NCBI GenBank assembly: GCA_027923505.1
Contig: BROI01000006.1
Location: forward strand, 434,001 to 498,000
Reading direction: 5' to 3'
DNA length: 64,000 bases
Origin: Mayamaea pseudoterrestris
Taxonomy: Eukaryota
Part shown: in pieces, positions 52,970 through 64,000 of the stretch
How the letters are laid out: each line of letters opens with the position of its first letter
How positions within the stretch are numbered: position 1 is the stretch's first letter
Position numbers and translations under genes: made by a program
The notes under the pieces: generated by a model
What the model was told of the DNA's origin: nothing
Seen by the model: only the letters and a program-made list of their open reading frames with translations
Database searches by the model: none

Positions 52970-54687
52970 ATGCCGACGCGAATAACGCTCAAGCCGCGCA
53001 AGACTCCCGCTCCATCGTCGTCGTCTCGACTGCAGCCGGCGAGTGCACAAACAGCTCCGTTGCCAGATGCAGGTGCGGCTATTACAGTAACGAACAATGG
53101 TTCACCTTCTACGCCAAATATGACTCCAACAGGAAATGCAAGTTCATCATCAAGAAGAAGCATTCGCCGCAGCAGCGTCTACCATCGATCATCCATACTG
53201 CGCGAGCGCGTGACCGACAAGCGAGCCGAGGGACGCGGCGACAATCAAATCGACAATCAAGAAAATAACAATCAAAACGACGAAAATGAGCACGACTTGC
53301 TGGATCTGAGCAGCCCCACCAATTTGCGACTCTCCTCCAACGACATTCGAGCGTCGCCCCGGCTGCTGGGATACTTGTTTTGCAGCATTGCCGCGGCCGT
53401 CATGTTTGTTTCCATTGTACAGTGAGTATTTATGGGCAGCGGCATGTATAAATTCTTGTATACTTGTTGATTCCTATTGTCTCACTGTTACCTTTATCTC
53501 ACACTCTATCTAAAGATTCTACCGCAAGCAAGAGTCTCTCGACATTTACGACACCATGATTAATCCCAAAAACAAATACGTGTTGATCCAGTCATCCACC
53601 GATTTCATCTATCGCTACAAGCTCGTGGGTGCCTTGTTTCTGTCCGCGGTTGGTTGCGTGCTGACGCTCTTGACCGTCTTGGTGCACTTTGACACCATGG
53701 TATTTCCCAAAGTGTGGAACTGCATCTTCCGAGACGGCAGTCGGTGGGAGGGAGGTTGGATTGTGTTTTTGGTGTTTTATTGGGCCGTCAACATTCACGT
53801 TTGTACGTCGAGTTTTAGCGTCGGACAGGTGCAAGCCAACGTATTTTTCACTGCTTGGTTGGCTTTTGGAAGTAGTGTCAGTTGCTTGGAGATTTGGAGA
53901 GAGTCGGCGGCCATGGTCAAGCTGACAAACACGTCGAATGCTGCTGGAAGCAACAACAATAGCAGCAAGCCCATGCAGGCGCATACCATTCCAACCAGCA
54001 GTCGCGGAAGGTTTCGTCTCATTGGTCGCTTTTTGGATCGACCTCATCATCGCGCCACCACGAGCAACTGGGCATGGACGGGGATTTGCTCCACCGTTTT
54101 TGCCGGCGCCGTCACTGACATGTACTACAATCGCTCCGCGCTCAAGCTGTTGTATCAGGGAGCCAAACTGATCATTGATGAACAAATTTGGATTATTATA
54201 TTGGCAGCTGTCTGGGCAGAAGTGGTTTTGTGCTTTGTGTCGGTATTTTTGAACGAGTGGCTGTATAAACCTTATCGACTGCCGTGTCGGTGTCGACGAC
54301 GCAACCAGGTGTATCGTTGTGTGTATGGGTGGCGCCAAATAGAAGGACTGCTCATGACGTTGACATTGGCCGGCAAGTTTTACGTGTTGCTAGTATATAC
54401 TGGAGTCGATGGACCGATCAACGGCTTGTCGAATGGTAAGTGCTGTTACATTGTGTGTGGTGGCATACTGCTTTTATTGGCATTGACTCACACTCAGTCT
54501 GGCGTGCTATCGTTTGAAAGCATATTTTGGACTCTGGGGCTCGTTTTTCAATGGCAGTTTCTTGATAGGCACATGGCTTCGCGAAAATAAGAAGATCTCG
54601 TTCATAGTTCGGGAAGACGACCACGAGGACGAAGGCGAACACGAGGATGCAGCAATTAACGCGACCTTTGACTATGACTACAATTAA
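52970..54687 (+). CDS. Multi-pass membrane protein of unknown function; 3 exons
   Basis: Exons 52970-53421, 53516-54435, 54521-54687. Two similar TM blocks end in ANVFFTAWLAF and SNAYFGLWGSF. Confidence 0.75.
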
Positions 54688-54755
54688 ACTGGATTATAAA
54701 ACGCCGGTTATGTCATATGTAATTGCCTTTAAAGGTATTCAGGAGATGATAACTT

Positions 54756-56404
54756 CTACGCCGCCTTTTTGGCGTTTCCGGTCTCGTCCAGCACCTGGTC
54801 AAGCGCCTGTTCCATAATCTGAACCGTTCGATCAACGTTCCCGAGTTTATCCAAGCCAAAAAGACCAATGCGAAACGTTTTCAAGCCGGCTGGTTCATCA
54901 ATACGCCATGGTACTCCCATGGCCACCTGCAGACCTTGACCCTTGAATGCTTGCATCATGAAGGGATTCTCGACGCCATCTGGCGAATAGTATACCAAGA
55001 CTCCAGGAGCTTGAAAACCAGGCGCCGCCACACTCACAAGCCCCTTGGCTTCCATGGCTGTCCGAGCCTTGGTACCCATTTCTAGCTGAGCAGCCTTGAG
55101 CTCTGGCAATCCAAACTTTAATGTTTCGACGGAAATTTCGTGAAAGTCCCTGAGTGCATCTGTCGGCATTGTCGTGTGGTATCCAAAACCGCCCTTTTCA
55201 TATGTGTCCATGATTGCGCCCCATCGCTTGAGGCTCAAACTGAAGCTTGTATCCTTGTTGTTCGCGAGCATGTGGTCGGAGGCAGCTTCCGACAATTGGA
55301 CGAGTGCGGCACATGGAGGACCGGTCCAGCCCTGGCAAACATGAGGGATGAAAAGTGAGTTGAGTGAGTAGGATATATTACTCAAATGCATCGTAGTCTA
55401 TTCTCTTGCGCATACTCGTCCTTTAGGTGTATCCAAGCGTCAATTAGCTCCCGTTGCTCAACAAGACGCACCTTTTGCGGCGCCGAAATCAGCACATCCA
55501 CTCCCAGTTGCTTCATATCCACCCAAACTGTTCCACTGGCAATGCAATCCAAAACAAACAGTCCGCCAACGGCATGAACTGCCGCAGCCGCTTTCGCAAT
55601 GTATTCATCCGGAAGTATCATGCCGGTGCTCGTTTCCACATGAGGCGCAAACACCACCGCTGGTCGTTCCTCGTAGATGCGTTCCACCACTTGATCAATG
55701 GGATGCGGCATGAAATGCTGGTGCAACGACTTATCGGCGGGCGTTGGAACCGCCATGAGGACGGAATGAGACTTGGAAATGTTTCCAAGGTCCAAAATTT
55801 CCGTCCATCGATAGGAGAACCAGCCATTGCGAATGACCATGACGTGTTCATCCGTCGCATATTGACGAGCAACTGCTTCCATTCCAAATGTACCCGAGCT
55901 GGTGGTAAGGTTAAGAAGTGAGGCATGAATGAGAGTTCATCGTGAAGAAAGACATCTCGCAATTCGCTAGTCACAAGGCAGGCAAAGATTGACTCTCCAC
56001 CTTCTCTCATTTCTTCCACCCATCTTCACAAACACTATCATATTCACTTACCCCGGTAAAATGACTACTTTATCAGCCTTGTAGGTATACTTGAGCAGCT
56101 GATTCAAATCGCGCATGACTCGCTGAAAGGGGTCGCTCATGAGGTTCAAGCTGCGATCAGTGTGAATGACACTGTACTCCTTGAATGGACCATGATCATC
56201 CTTGGGAATGACAGAATAGCAAGGTGTAGACGAGTCGCTGTGTACTGAACTCGTTGTTGAATATGACTTTTGCATGGTGTTCTTGTTGTTGATTCGAAGT
56301 GGTTCCATTGTCGACAAAGCAGCCGTCAGTGAGCGTCCCATTGCAGAGTTATGCGAGGCGCATCTCGCAGCACAGGCGAAGCGAGTCGATGCGGAGACGA
56401 GCAT
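54756..56404 (-). CDS. Class V PLP aminotransferase (alanine-glyoxylate/serine-pyruvate type) with mitochondrial-type presequence; 3 exons
   Basis: Exons 56404-56052, 55898-55472, 55331-54756. EYSVIHTDRSLNLMS, PGSGTFGMEAVARQ, PHVETSTG, VLDCIASG, DVLISAPQK|GW (PLP lysine), TFRIGLFGLDKL. Confidence 0.9.
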
Positions 56405-56780
56405 GTTTTGAATTGTCGTATACTCCTACTGCTGAGGGATCGTCGGAACAACAGTGCCAACTGGATGTCGCAAGGCTATTTCCGATTTCCGAAAGTTGCT
56501 TCTGATGATTCTTCAAGCTTTGTAATTTGTGGCTAAAGATTCCGACGCTTGATCAAGATTGAAGCAAGAATTTAACCAGTGTATCAAGAGCAACGAATGG
56601 GAGCAACAATGATGCTTGTTGCAAGGCAGGAAGTAGGCTCTTTTGGGCATGCAGGCGATGATGGCCGAACTTTTTTGCGATCGTCCAGCTGCAGCGGCTG
56701 ACGTGGCGAGTCACGTTGAGACTCCTCTGGCCATTAATTTTGTCAAGGACTATATATCTAATTTTCACCATAATAGTAAC

Positions 56781-56852
56781 GACTGGGTGGCTCAATGGTA
56801 GAGCATTGGTCTTCGGAACCAAAGGTTGCGGGTTCGAGTCCCGTCTTAGTCG
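56781..56852 (+). tRNA. tRNA-Arg, anticodon UCG
   Basis: Acceptor stem GACTGGG/CTTAGTC; D arm GCTC-AATGGTA-GAGC; anticodon arm TTGGT-CTTCGGA-ACCAA; T arm GCGGG-TTCGAGT-CCCGT; TTTT at 56863-56866 as likely Pol III terminator. Confidence 0.93.
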
Positions 56853-57124
56853 CGCTTTAACCTTTTACACATTTTGATCCATTATTTGATCTCGAAGCAC
56901 CGACAAAAGATCATGCGATCATTGTGTCTATGCACCTACGTGCAAAGGTAGACTTGCTGTCTCAAAATCCAGTGAAGTGAAGTTTTAGTCTGCACTCATT
57001 ATATATGCAGTTACATTTGTTACATATGTGATGCTTAATTACGGAAATTGATACAAATATCATTGTGCTTTGAACCTTCTTCATTCTAATTTCATTAGGG
57101 CAGTCGACTATCCGGTGAACAGGC

Positions 57125-60100
57125 CTACGGCTTTGGCGCAATAATCTTGTTTGCAACACCCATGCCGGCAATGGCAGCTTTCTTCAAGGATTTCTTGTTG
57201 ATCCATCTAGGGTTTGATGATGATGTAGCGCCTGCACCAGAAAAAAGTTTAGTTGTTGGTGGCAGTCTCACTCGTTGACTTGCCGCTGTCAATTCAAACT
57301 TACCTTGGTTTGTCTGTATTGTGCTTTGTGAAGCACTTGTAGCGTGCCCCTGATGACTATTGCTACTCCCCATGCTAGCCACAGATACGTTGGCACTGGC
57401 GCTGTAAACCCTCAAATTGTCGCGCCAGGTGTCATCCGAATGTGTTATTGCATGATGGGCTAGCCTGCTGGCCCGGCTTGCATTACTTGCCAAAGAAACG
57501 TCACCACTAGCGACATGAACCTCCATCTTGTCGCGCCATGAATCGTCAGCATATTTGCTGGACTTGCTTGTTGCTGATGTTACAGATGATGAACTGCTCA
57601 ATTTATTGACTCGAGCTTGGAGTTTGTCGCGCCACGAGTCGTCGGGAGCACACACAGGAGAGACTTTGTTACCAACGCCGCCTTCGTCAAAATTGTCTGG
57701 TGGCATTAACATCTGCACTGCCATTGCCGGTTCCTTGGCAGGCAAAAGAGGAGCTGAATGCGTGACTAAGTTAGGCGCATCAGCTGAGTTGTTAATTTTC
57801 TCTCGGTCACTCCCGTTCAAATAAGAGTCATTAACAGGCAGGAGGTCCACACCATGGAGACTTTCCATGAATTGATTTGGATCATCAATTTCTGCCGCAT
57901 CAGGTTCTGCGTTGTGGAGTAATGGTTCATCATCGGTACCTGTGCAATCGACATTAACGTCTGCCTTCTCCAAAATCTCTGGCTCAAATACGAGGACCCC
58001 ATGGCTGTCCACATGCGAGGAACCATCGCCGTTTGTACTTTCAACAGAATTCCTTACGTTTTTAAGCTGATTTGGCGCGTTAGCGAGCGGTGGGCGACTC
58101 AAGGTTGCAAAGGATCCGCCGCCGGAGACACTCCCGGACCAATTCTCGTGCATTGCCCTTAAATTGGCAAATGAATTACCTGGTTGCGAATTGTCGATTG
58201 CCTTCGTCCAGTCCGCTTCTCCATTGCCGGGTGGACTAGACACAGCGCTCGAAGGTGTCGACCTTCCTCGTGTCGTGACGTGCATCTCGCCGGTGTAAAC
58301 GGAAGGGCAAGAGACATTGGCAAACTTGACTTCTTTCGCGACTAATGCTGCCGGACTTCGTTGCCAATCGGTGACGGATATGGCTTTGAAGCCTGCTTTT
58401 GCCTCCTTGTCTTTCCAAAAGTCCGTATAGCGTCGAACTGATGGTGCAGGTGAAACAGAAGAGTTGTCTGGACTTGCAAAGTTGGTTATTCGAAGATGAG
58501 GTACTTCTGTCGCCTTCGTTTCAGCCAACTCCCGACGAATGATTTTGCCCCGCCATGATTTCTGAATTACAGCGGCTGCTAACTTGGACTGTATCTGTTC
58601 TTTTCGTACCTTTACTTCTTTTTGTGCGTGGATCATTCGAGCATAAGCTTGCACCTTTCGCGCAGCCCCTCTTTGGTGCATGTAACTCTTTCGTTGAAGG
58701 GCTGCTTTCATGTTAGATTGAATTTTTGCGATTGAAGTCTTTCGCACTTGTAGGGCTTTTACTGCAAGAACGCATCTGAGGGTGGTTTGAAGTCGCGTCG
58801 CAGCGTCTCGTTGTCGTGCATACTCTTTTCGCTGCGGTGTGGCTCGCGCCATTGACTGTAGCTTGATGATAGAGCACTTTCGCCGCGTCAGTTCGCGAAG
58901 AGCGAGTGTGCATCTCAAGCTAGTCTGTAGCCTCTTAGTGGCCTTGATTTGCTGTTTAAAATGTTGCTGCTGCGCGGATGATCGAAAGATGGATTGGATT
59001 TTAACGACCGATTCCCTTCTGCGTGTCAGTTCGCGGAGAGCAAGTGTGCATCGAAGGCTAGTCTGCAATTTCTTGGCAGCTTTCACTTGCTTCTGATGCT
59101 GCTGTCGCTGCGCTGCCGTTCGCATCATCCTTTGTAATCTAGCGACCGAATCCCTTCTCCGAGTCAGTTCGTGGAGAGCAAGGTGGCATCGCATAAAGGT
59201 CTGCAGCGTTATTGCGGCTCCCTCTTTCTTCACTCGCTGCCTTTGCAGCACCGCAATTCGCACAGCTGACTGGATCTTAATTAAGGATTCTTTTCTCCGA
59301 GTCATTTCGTGGCGAGCCAGTGTGCATCGCAAACAGCTCTGGATCTTTTTGACGGCTTCCAACTGCAATTGAAAATGTCTGCTGTGCGCAAATGAACGGG
59401 CTGCAGACTGGATCTTTACAAGTGAAAATATCAGGCAAATGTAATTATTTCTTGCATGACGTCCCCGAGCAACCTTCTGTATCTTGGTTACAGCAAGGAT
59501 TGTAGTCTTTAAAGTACTGTCGGCCAGTTTCATTTCACCGTAGCGCGTCTGACACATCATTCGCCGACCGAGGGATTGAATCAATATTACGCAACCGAGA
59601 CATTTCTTGAATTTATATTTGGCAACGGACGTTCGGCTAGCACATTGTATCACCGTTGCAGCATGATTCAGTTGCAAGTCCTTAATTCGCCGCTTTTCGC
59701 TAACCAGCTTTTTAAAAATCGATAGAGCCAGTCGACGGCGTACAACTCGTTGTAGCAGCAAGGCGGCATCCTTCTGCCGCCTTGCCTCACGAACTTCCGA
59801 ATATGACTTGCGCGATAAGAAGCCTCGAGAAAGCGCCTGAATATTCGTTGACGCCGCAAGTTGCCTGGATGCCTCTCTTTTCCGGCTGTCAGCTAAGATT
59901 TGTTGATACGCCACGAGCGCTTGGTGTCGTCGAATTGCAATTTGTATCCTTGATGAAGCATCATGCTGTAATGCTTTTAAGCGCTTCCCATCTTCCACAA
60001 TTTTTCTATACCTATTGCGATGCATCGTTCCTCTCGCGCATGCTTGAATGACAGTGGCTGCTGCTCCCATTCGATTCTCTTCCAGTCGCTTGCGATAGAG

Positions 60101-62254
60101 GCCACGAGCAAAAAGTCCTCGAGAGACTGCTTGTAATCTTTGCGCCGCTTGGTTTCGCAGCAATTCTCTTCGCAACGTTTGAAACTTATCGTGTGCGAAC
60201 TTTTTTCGAATCTGCGACTGAATTACGATTGATGCATAAATTCGACGTGCTAGCTCTTTCTCTCTTTCCATTTGCATCATTTGGCAGGCTCGTTGAGCAA
60301 AATACATTCGAACAATTGCTTGAATAGTCACCGATGCAACGCTTTGGCGAACAGTTTCCAGTTGGTGATGCTTTGGCAATCTCTCGTCATATCTGTTTTG
60401 GGCAAGAAATCGCCTAGCGATGCTTTGAATCTTTAAAGTGGCGTCCGCTTGACGTATAAGCGTTTGCTGCTGATCATGAATAAGCTTTTGATAATCTCGC
60501 CGCGCAAGATAACCTCGCGCAACTTTTTGTGTCGTTGTTGACGCTTCCTTCAGACGCTTCTCGTGGATTGCGGCACGGAAGTGCCGACGCACACAATTTC
60601 CTCGCGCCAACGGCTGAATCATACTTGCAGCCTCGTTACGACGTTTATTTTCTTCCTCCTGTTTCTGTTGCAATTTCAAGTTTGCAAAGTCACGGGCCAA
60701 GTATCCGCGCGCAAGGCTTTGCATGACAATTGACGCTTGCGTTCTGGTAGCTGCCTCGACAAGAAACTCGTCATCATTCATGTCCCGCCCAGATTTGATA
60801 CTCTCCGGCGTAACAACAGCTGGAGCAGCGTTCGTCTTTGTCACTGGAGTCAACGGAGCATTCGTCGCCGCTATTTTCGCTTGCAACACTGCCACTGGCG
60901 CCCCGACATCGTCATGCGACGCACTCATGGAGCTCATGGACAGAATGGAGTCGTCATCATCATCATCATCATCAGCGGCAACAAGATCTGGCGCGATTTG
61001 TCCGTTACGCAAAGCTTGCCGAGCGGCTGAAGCATTCACATCGCGAACTTTTCCACTCATGAGTGACAATCCACGCACATTGCTCTTGCTGCTACTGCTG
61101 CTGTTGCGACGCAACTGGTCGTCATCCACAATAACGTTTACGACGGGAACATTAACATTCTTCTTGGTTTTAGACACACGCGGCGGAGGCACCAATTTTT
61201 GCAGCATGCGCCGCACAATGTTTCGTTGGCGCGACAACTTCTCCATGTCGTGCCAGCTGTACCACTGCTTCTTAATTTGTCGCCCCTCGTATTCCAAACA
61301 CGTTTCCAACGCCGACTCGAGCAGCTGCACGGCGGTTTGCTTTTGCCGCAGCGCCACCATGGCGCGGGCGACTCGCTTGAGCGACTGCACACGAACAATG
61401 CCAAAGAGCTTCAAGTCGCCGGCAGCGGTAGCCTTTGTGTTGCGTGCGCTGAGCTTCGTTTTGCTGCTACTTTCCTTCATTCGCTGCAGTAGCGTCAGTG
61501 CCTGCATGGCATGTGACACAGCGACTTGCCATTGGGACAGTCGCAAGGCGCAGGCGGATGCGTGGTTGCAGCATTGAATGCAGGTGAGAATGAGGAGCGC
61601 CCGCGAAACGTTGACTGGTTGCTGATGACTCTCATTTTTGGAAACAACTTTAGATTGGTCGTAGAGTAGTGTTTTAATGAGTTGCATGGCTTCGTCGAGG
61701 GCTTCCAGTGCCAGTGTGTAATGCAGTGTGACATTCTCTTGCTGGATCGACATTGAGTTGCTGTCGGCAAGACTGTCTGGTTTCTTCGTCATGCTTCCTG
61801 CTACAGATACCTCCGTTAAAGTGTCCATTTGTTTTAACTTCTGCATTTCTTTTCTAACTTCCTTGTTGCGCTGAACAAGTTCCATTGCAAAGATTTTGCG
61901 TTCCTGAACACGAAGCGCTCGTTCACTCATGGTTGGATATTCCTTGGCTTCCAACGGCGGTCGCACGACGCGGAGCGAAACCTGTTCCAAAAAGTAAAGA
62001 TTCAGAGTCACAAAGCTTTGATGTTGCTGCTGATTGCTGCTGTTGAAATCTTCATTCAGTAAATCATCCATGGTGACGACGCGAGGAGCCAGCTGCCAGC
62101 TCACCAAGCGCACCACGACGCGCCACGCAGCAGACGGCAGGTCTACTTGATCCAATGCGACGACTTTGCCTCGACCATAGACGGTCAGTACCTCGCAGCC
62201 CAAGGAGGGCGCTTCGTTCGCCAGAATCTGTGGCTTGTATTTAATCTTGGGCAT
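57125..62254 (-). CDS. Large protein with TPR-like N-terminus and long IQ (calmodulin-binding) motif array
   Basis: About 1709-aa ORF, first ATG at 62254. Many IQxxxRGxxxR-type motifs (MQSLARGYLAR, IQACARGTMHR, IQALSRGFLSR, IQKVARGRHAR, IQKSWRG). Confidence 0.88.
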   Translation of the reverse strand: MPKIKYKPQILANEAPSLGCEVLTVYGRGKVVALDQVDLPSAAWRVVVRLVSWQLAPRVVTMDDLLNEDFNSSNQQQHQSFVTLNLYFLEQVSLRVVRPPLEAKEYPTMSERALRVQERKIFAMELVQRNKEVRKEMQKLKQMDTLTEVSVAGSMTKKPDSLADSNSMSIQQENVTLHYTLALEALDEAMQLIKTLLYDQSKVVSKNESHQQPVNVSRALLILTCIQCCNHASACALRLSQWQVAVSHAMQALTLLQRMKESSSKTKLSARNTKATAAGDLKLFGIVRVQSLKRVARAMVALRQKQTAVQLLESALETCLEYEGRQIKKQWYSWHDMEKLSRQRNIVRRMLQKLVPPPRVSKTKKNVNVPVVNVIVDDDQLRRNSSSSSKSNVRGLSLMSGKVRDVNASAARQALRNGQIAPDLVAADDDDDDDDSILSMSSMSASHDDVGAPVAVLQAKIAATNAPLTPVTKTNAAPAVVTPESIKSGRDMNDDEFLVEAATRTQASIVMQSLARGYLARDFANLKLQQKQEEENKRRNEAASMIQPLARGNCVRRHFRAAIHEKRLKEASTTTQKVARGYLARRDYQKLIHDQQQTLIRQADATLKIQSIARRFLAQNRYDERLPKHHQLETVRQSVASVTIQAIVRMYFAQRACQMMQMEREKELARRIYASIVIQSQIRKKFAHDKFQTLRRELLRNQAAQRLQAVSRGLFARGLYRKRLEENRMGAAATVIQACARGTMHRNRYRKIVEDGKRLKALQHDASSRIQIAIRRHQALVAYQQILADSRKREASRQLAASTNIQALSRGFLSRKSYSEVREARRQKDAALLLQRVVRRRLALSIFKKLVSEKRRIKDLQLNHAATVIQCASRTSVAKYKFKKCLGCVILIQSLGRRMMCQTRYGEMKLADSTLKTTILAVTKIQKVARGRHARNNYICLIFSLVKIQSAARSFAHSRHFQLQLEAVKKIQSCLRCTLARHEMTRRKESLIKIQSAVRIAVLQRQRVKKEGAAITLQTFMRCHLALHELTRRRDSVARLQRMMRTAAQRQQHQKQVKAAKKLQTSLRCTLALRELTRRRESVVKIQSIFRSSAQQQHFKQQIKATKRLQTSLRCTLALRELTRRKCSIIKLQSMARATPQRKEYARQRDAATRLQTTLRCVLAVKALQVRKTSIAKIQSNMKAALQRKSYMHQRGAARKVQAYARMIHAQKEVKVRKEQIQSKLAAAVIQKSWRGKIIRRELAETKATEVPHLRITNFASPDNSSVSPAPSVRRYTDFWKDKEAKAGFKAISVTDWQRSPAALVAKEVKFANVSCPSVYTGEMHVTTRGRSTPSSAVSSPPGNGEADWTKAIDNSQPGNSFANLRAMHENWSGSVSGGGSFATLSRPPLANAPNQLKNVRNSVESTNGDGSSHVDSHGVLVFEPEILEKADVNVDCTGTDDEPLLHNAEPDAAEIDDPNQFMESLHGVDLLPVNDSYLNGSDREKINNSADAPNLVTHSAPLLPAKEPAMAVQMLMPPDNFDEGGVGNKVSPVCAPDDSWRDKLQARVNKLSSSSSVTSATSKSSKYADDSWRDKMEVHVASGDVSLASNASRASRLAHHAITHSDDTWRDNLRVYSASANVSVASMGSSNSHQGHATSASQSTIQTNQGKFELTAASQRVRLPPTTKLFSGAGATSSSNPRWINKKSLKKAAIAGMGVANKIIAPKP
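58750..59420 (-). repeat. 138-bp (46-aa, two-IQ) coding tandem repeat, 4-5 units
   Basis: GTCA(G/T)TTCG anchors at 58887, 59025, 59163 and 59301, exactly 138 bp apart. Confidence 0.85.
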
Positions 62255-62943
62255 GCTGACTGCGATTGATGATCCCAAGTGGGACGACTGCTAGTAGTCT
62301 TTCGTTTCAAGCCGAGGGCTTTTGACACTGCAGCGCTCGCAATAGATAGAGCTGCTATTCTTTTTTCAGGTGCGACGACAAGCTTGCATTCCAAAGCCTG
62401 CAGTCAATAATTAGGACGAGGTGCGCGCGGCGCAGAAGGCTTCGATCGGTTATCGATTGATTGATGCAGCCTCACTCGCAATCCGTCGTGATGTCACGAG
62501 AATACGGCCCACACAAATTTGGACGCCGGCCGGCCCACATTTTGGTGTCCAATGAAAGGCCTTGGACAAACTGGCTATGGCTCACAGTGTACAATCGAAT
62601 TCCATGGGGCTGGCACAACAGTTATCAACGGAAACACAAAATGACTGTCGTTTCGGTACTCATTCAACCGCTTGGAAACGGACGCAACCATCGCCAACGC
62701 ACGAGTTCAAATCAGGAGCCCTCTACTTGCCTGAATGGTTGCAACGGGCGAGCAACGCACCCGTCGGTCCTCACTAAAAGTAAATAGAGAAACGAAACGA
62801 CTATTATGCGGCCAGAATTCTTCGTAAATGATCGAATGGGGTTTTGCATCATTCCGTTTCATCGTCGCGAGCAACAGCAATCCTTGAAGAGAATCACCAA
62901 CCACCTTTATCATACCTCATCTGCATTAGAATACATTTAAATC

Positions 62944-64000
62944 ATGAGAATGCGACTCGTCAATGGCGTATTTGACCGCTTGTGGCGGTCCTGCGGCTGC
63001 GGCTCGGACATGAGAGAATCCACCTACGCCGCGCAGGAAAAGAGCAACTTTATCGGACTCGCGCCAACCTACAGCAACAGCATTGAAAGTAGCGACATTA
63101 GTAAAGGGAGCAGCAGCAGTAGCAGCAGCAACTACAGCACGGATAGTGGTAGCACCATCACTGGGCCAATGGCTCCCGATGAAATGCTTTGGAACGAAGG
63201 CATGTATGAGAATGGCAGCTTTGACGGCAAGGTGTACCCTCGCAATGTCGTCATATTACCGACGGCTGTCAAATGCAGCGTCACCAATGAGAATAACAGA
63301 CTCGTCAGCAAGTCATACAGCCAGTCTCGCCTGGCGGTTGCTTCCGTTCCTCGAGATTCGCTCCGCACTGGCGACGACGACGACGACGACGACATTCCAG
63401 ACGTGACGGCAAGCGCCACGGCACTCATCCTGGGAGCCATTGACAATCAAGACGCATCTTCCAAAAGTGCAACAGAGAAAAGCGACAATCTTGTTGGCAG
63501 TGACGTTGAATCGGAACCGTTTGACGTCCAGCAGCAAACAGTAAACCAAGCGAACATTGAAACGTCAACATTGAATGGGGCGGAACAAAAGCTCAACGTG
63601 GGCGAGCAAAGCAGTCATGCTAAGCACAAGCGATCGGCGCTGGAACCGGAAGGTTTGGTGGCATGCCCGAATGTGCGCAGCGCCGACTCTGCCGTTTCAA
63701 CCATGTCTGACGACGCCGGCAGTCACGTTGCGATCAAGGCGGCCGCGACGGACGAGACGATGCACATTGGTCAATTGCTAGCTCTCCTGTCTAAATCGTT
63801 GAACGAGACGGAGTTATCAGCAATGGTGAATGCTGATGCTGCGGAAGACCGAATCGCGCACGAGATGGCTGGAATGGACGAAATTATGAATATTGATCAG
63901 CTGCACTTGCGAGCGCCTGTTGCCGTGAAAGAAATTGCAGGCAAAGACGACGCGAACAGCAATGTGGCTGCGATTAACGCAGGCTCACTACCGGTAGTGC
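62944..64000 (+). CDS. Acidic/Ser-rich hypothetical protein, truncated by the window end
   Basis: My translation from ATG 62944 (MRMRLVNGVFDRLW...) stays open to base 64000. It is missing from the ORF track because it has no stop inside the window. Confidence 0.7.
   Translation, partial: MRMRLVNGVFDRLWRSCGCGSDMRESTYAAQEKSNFIGLAPTYSNSIESSDISKGSSSSSSSNYSTDSGSTITGPMAPDEMLWNEGMYENGSFDGKVYPRNVVILPTAVKCSVTNENNRLVSKSYSQSRLAVASVPRDSLRTGDDDDDDDIPDVTASATALILGAIDNQDASSKSATEKSDNLVGSDVESEPFDVQQQTVNQANIETSTLNGAEQKLNVGEQSSHAKHKRSALEPEGLVACPNVRSADSAVSTMSDDAGSHVAIKAAATDETMHIGQLLALLSKSLNETELSAMVNADAAEDRIAHEMAGMDEIMNIDQLHLRAPVAVKEIAGKDDANSNVAAINAGSLPVV

Noticed and set aside
1..64000. CRISPR arrays, rRNA, LTR retroelements, prokaryotic operons
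   Set aside because: I saw no repeat-spacer arrays, rRNA-like sequence or RT/integrase motifs. The repeats present are coding microsatellites and domain repeats.

Overview
Gene-dense eukaryotic nuclear DNA. Short GT-AG introns, bipartite signal+Phe plastid-targeting presequences and lineage-typical families point to a (probably pennate) diatom; this is an inference. The window holds about 28 protein genes, one tRNA-Arg(UCG), one frameshifted pseudogene and one DNA transposon. Recognisable genes: SAM methyltransferase, O-fucosyltransferase, MgtC-family protein, SNRNP40, GT31/C1GalT1-like galactosyltransferase, mitochondrial-carrier-family protein, PDZ protein, LRR protein, cis-prenyltransferase, diphosphomevalonate decarboxylase, double sulfotransferase, Mpv17/PMP22, heat-shock factor, RCC1-repeat protein, class V aminotransferase and a large IQ-repeat protein. 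The strongest hidden structure is a 1006-bp non-autonomous Tc1/mariner-like element (12211-13216; perfect 47-bp TIRs, TA duplication). It splits what the ORF track shows as two ORFs; removing it restores one 836-aa two-domain galactosyltransferase gene. Also notable: an MgtC gene missing its signature motif, a head-to-head MVD/cis-prenyltransferase pair, a duplicated sulfotransferase with an intron at the same position in both domains, and two nearby DYGYG/RRxS low-complexity proteins. Exon boundaries were read by eye and family calls come from motif recognition; no database searches were run.
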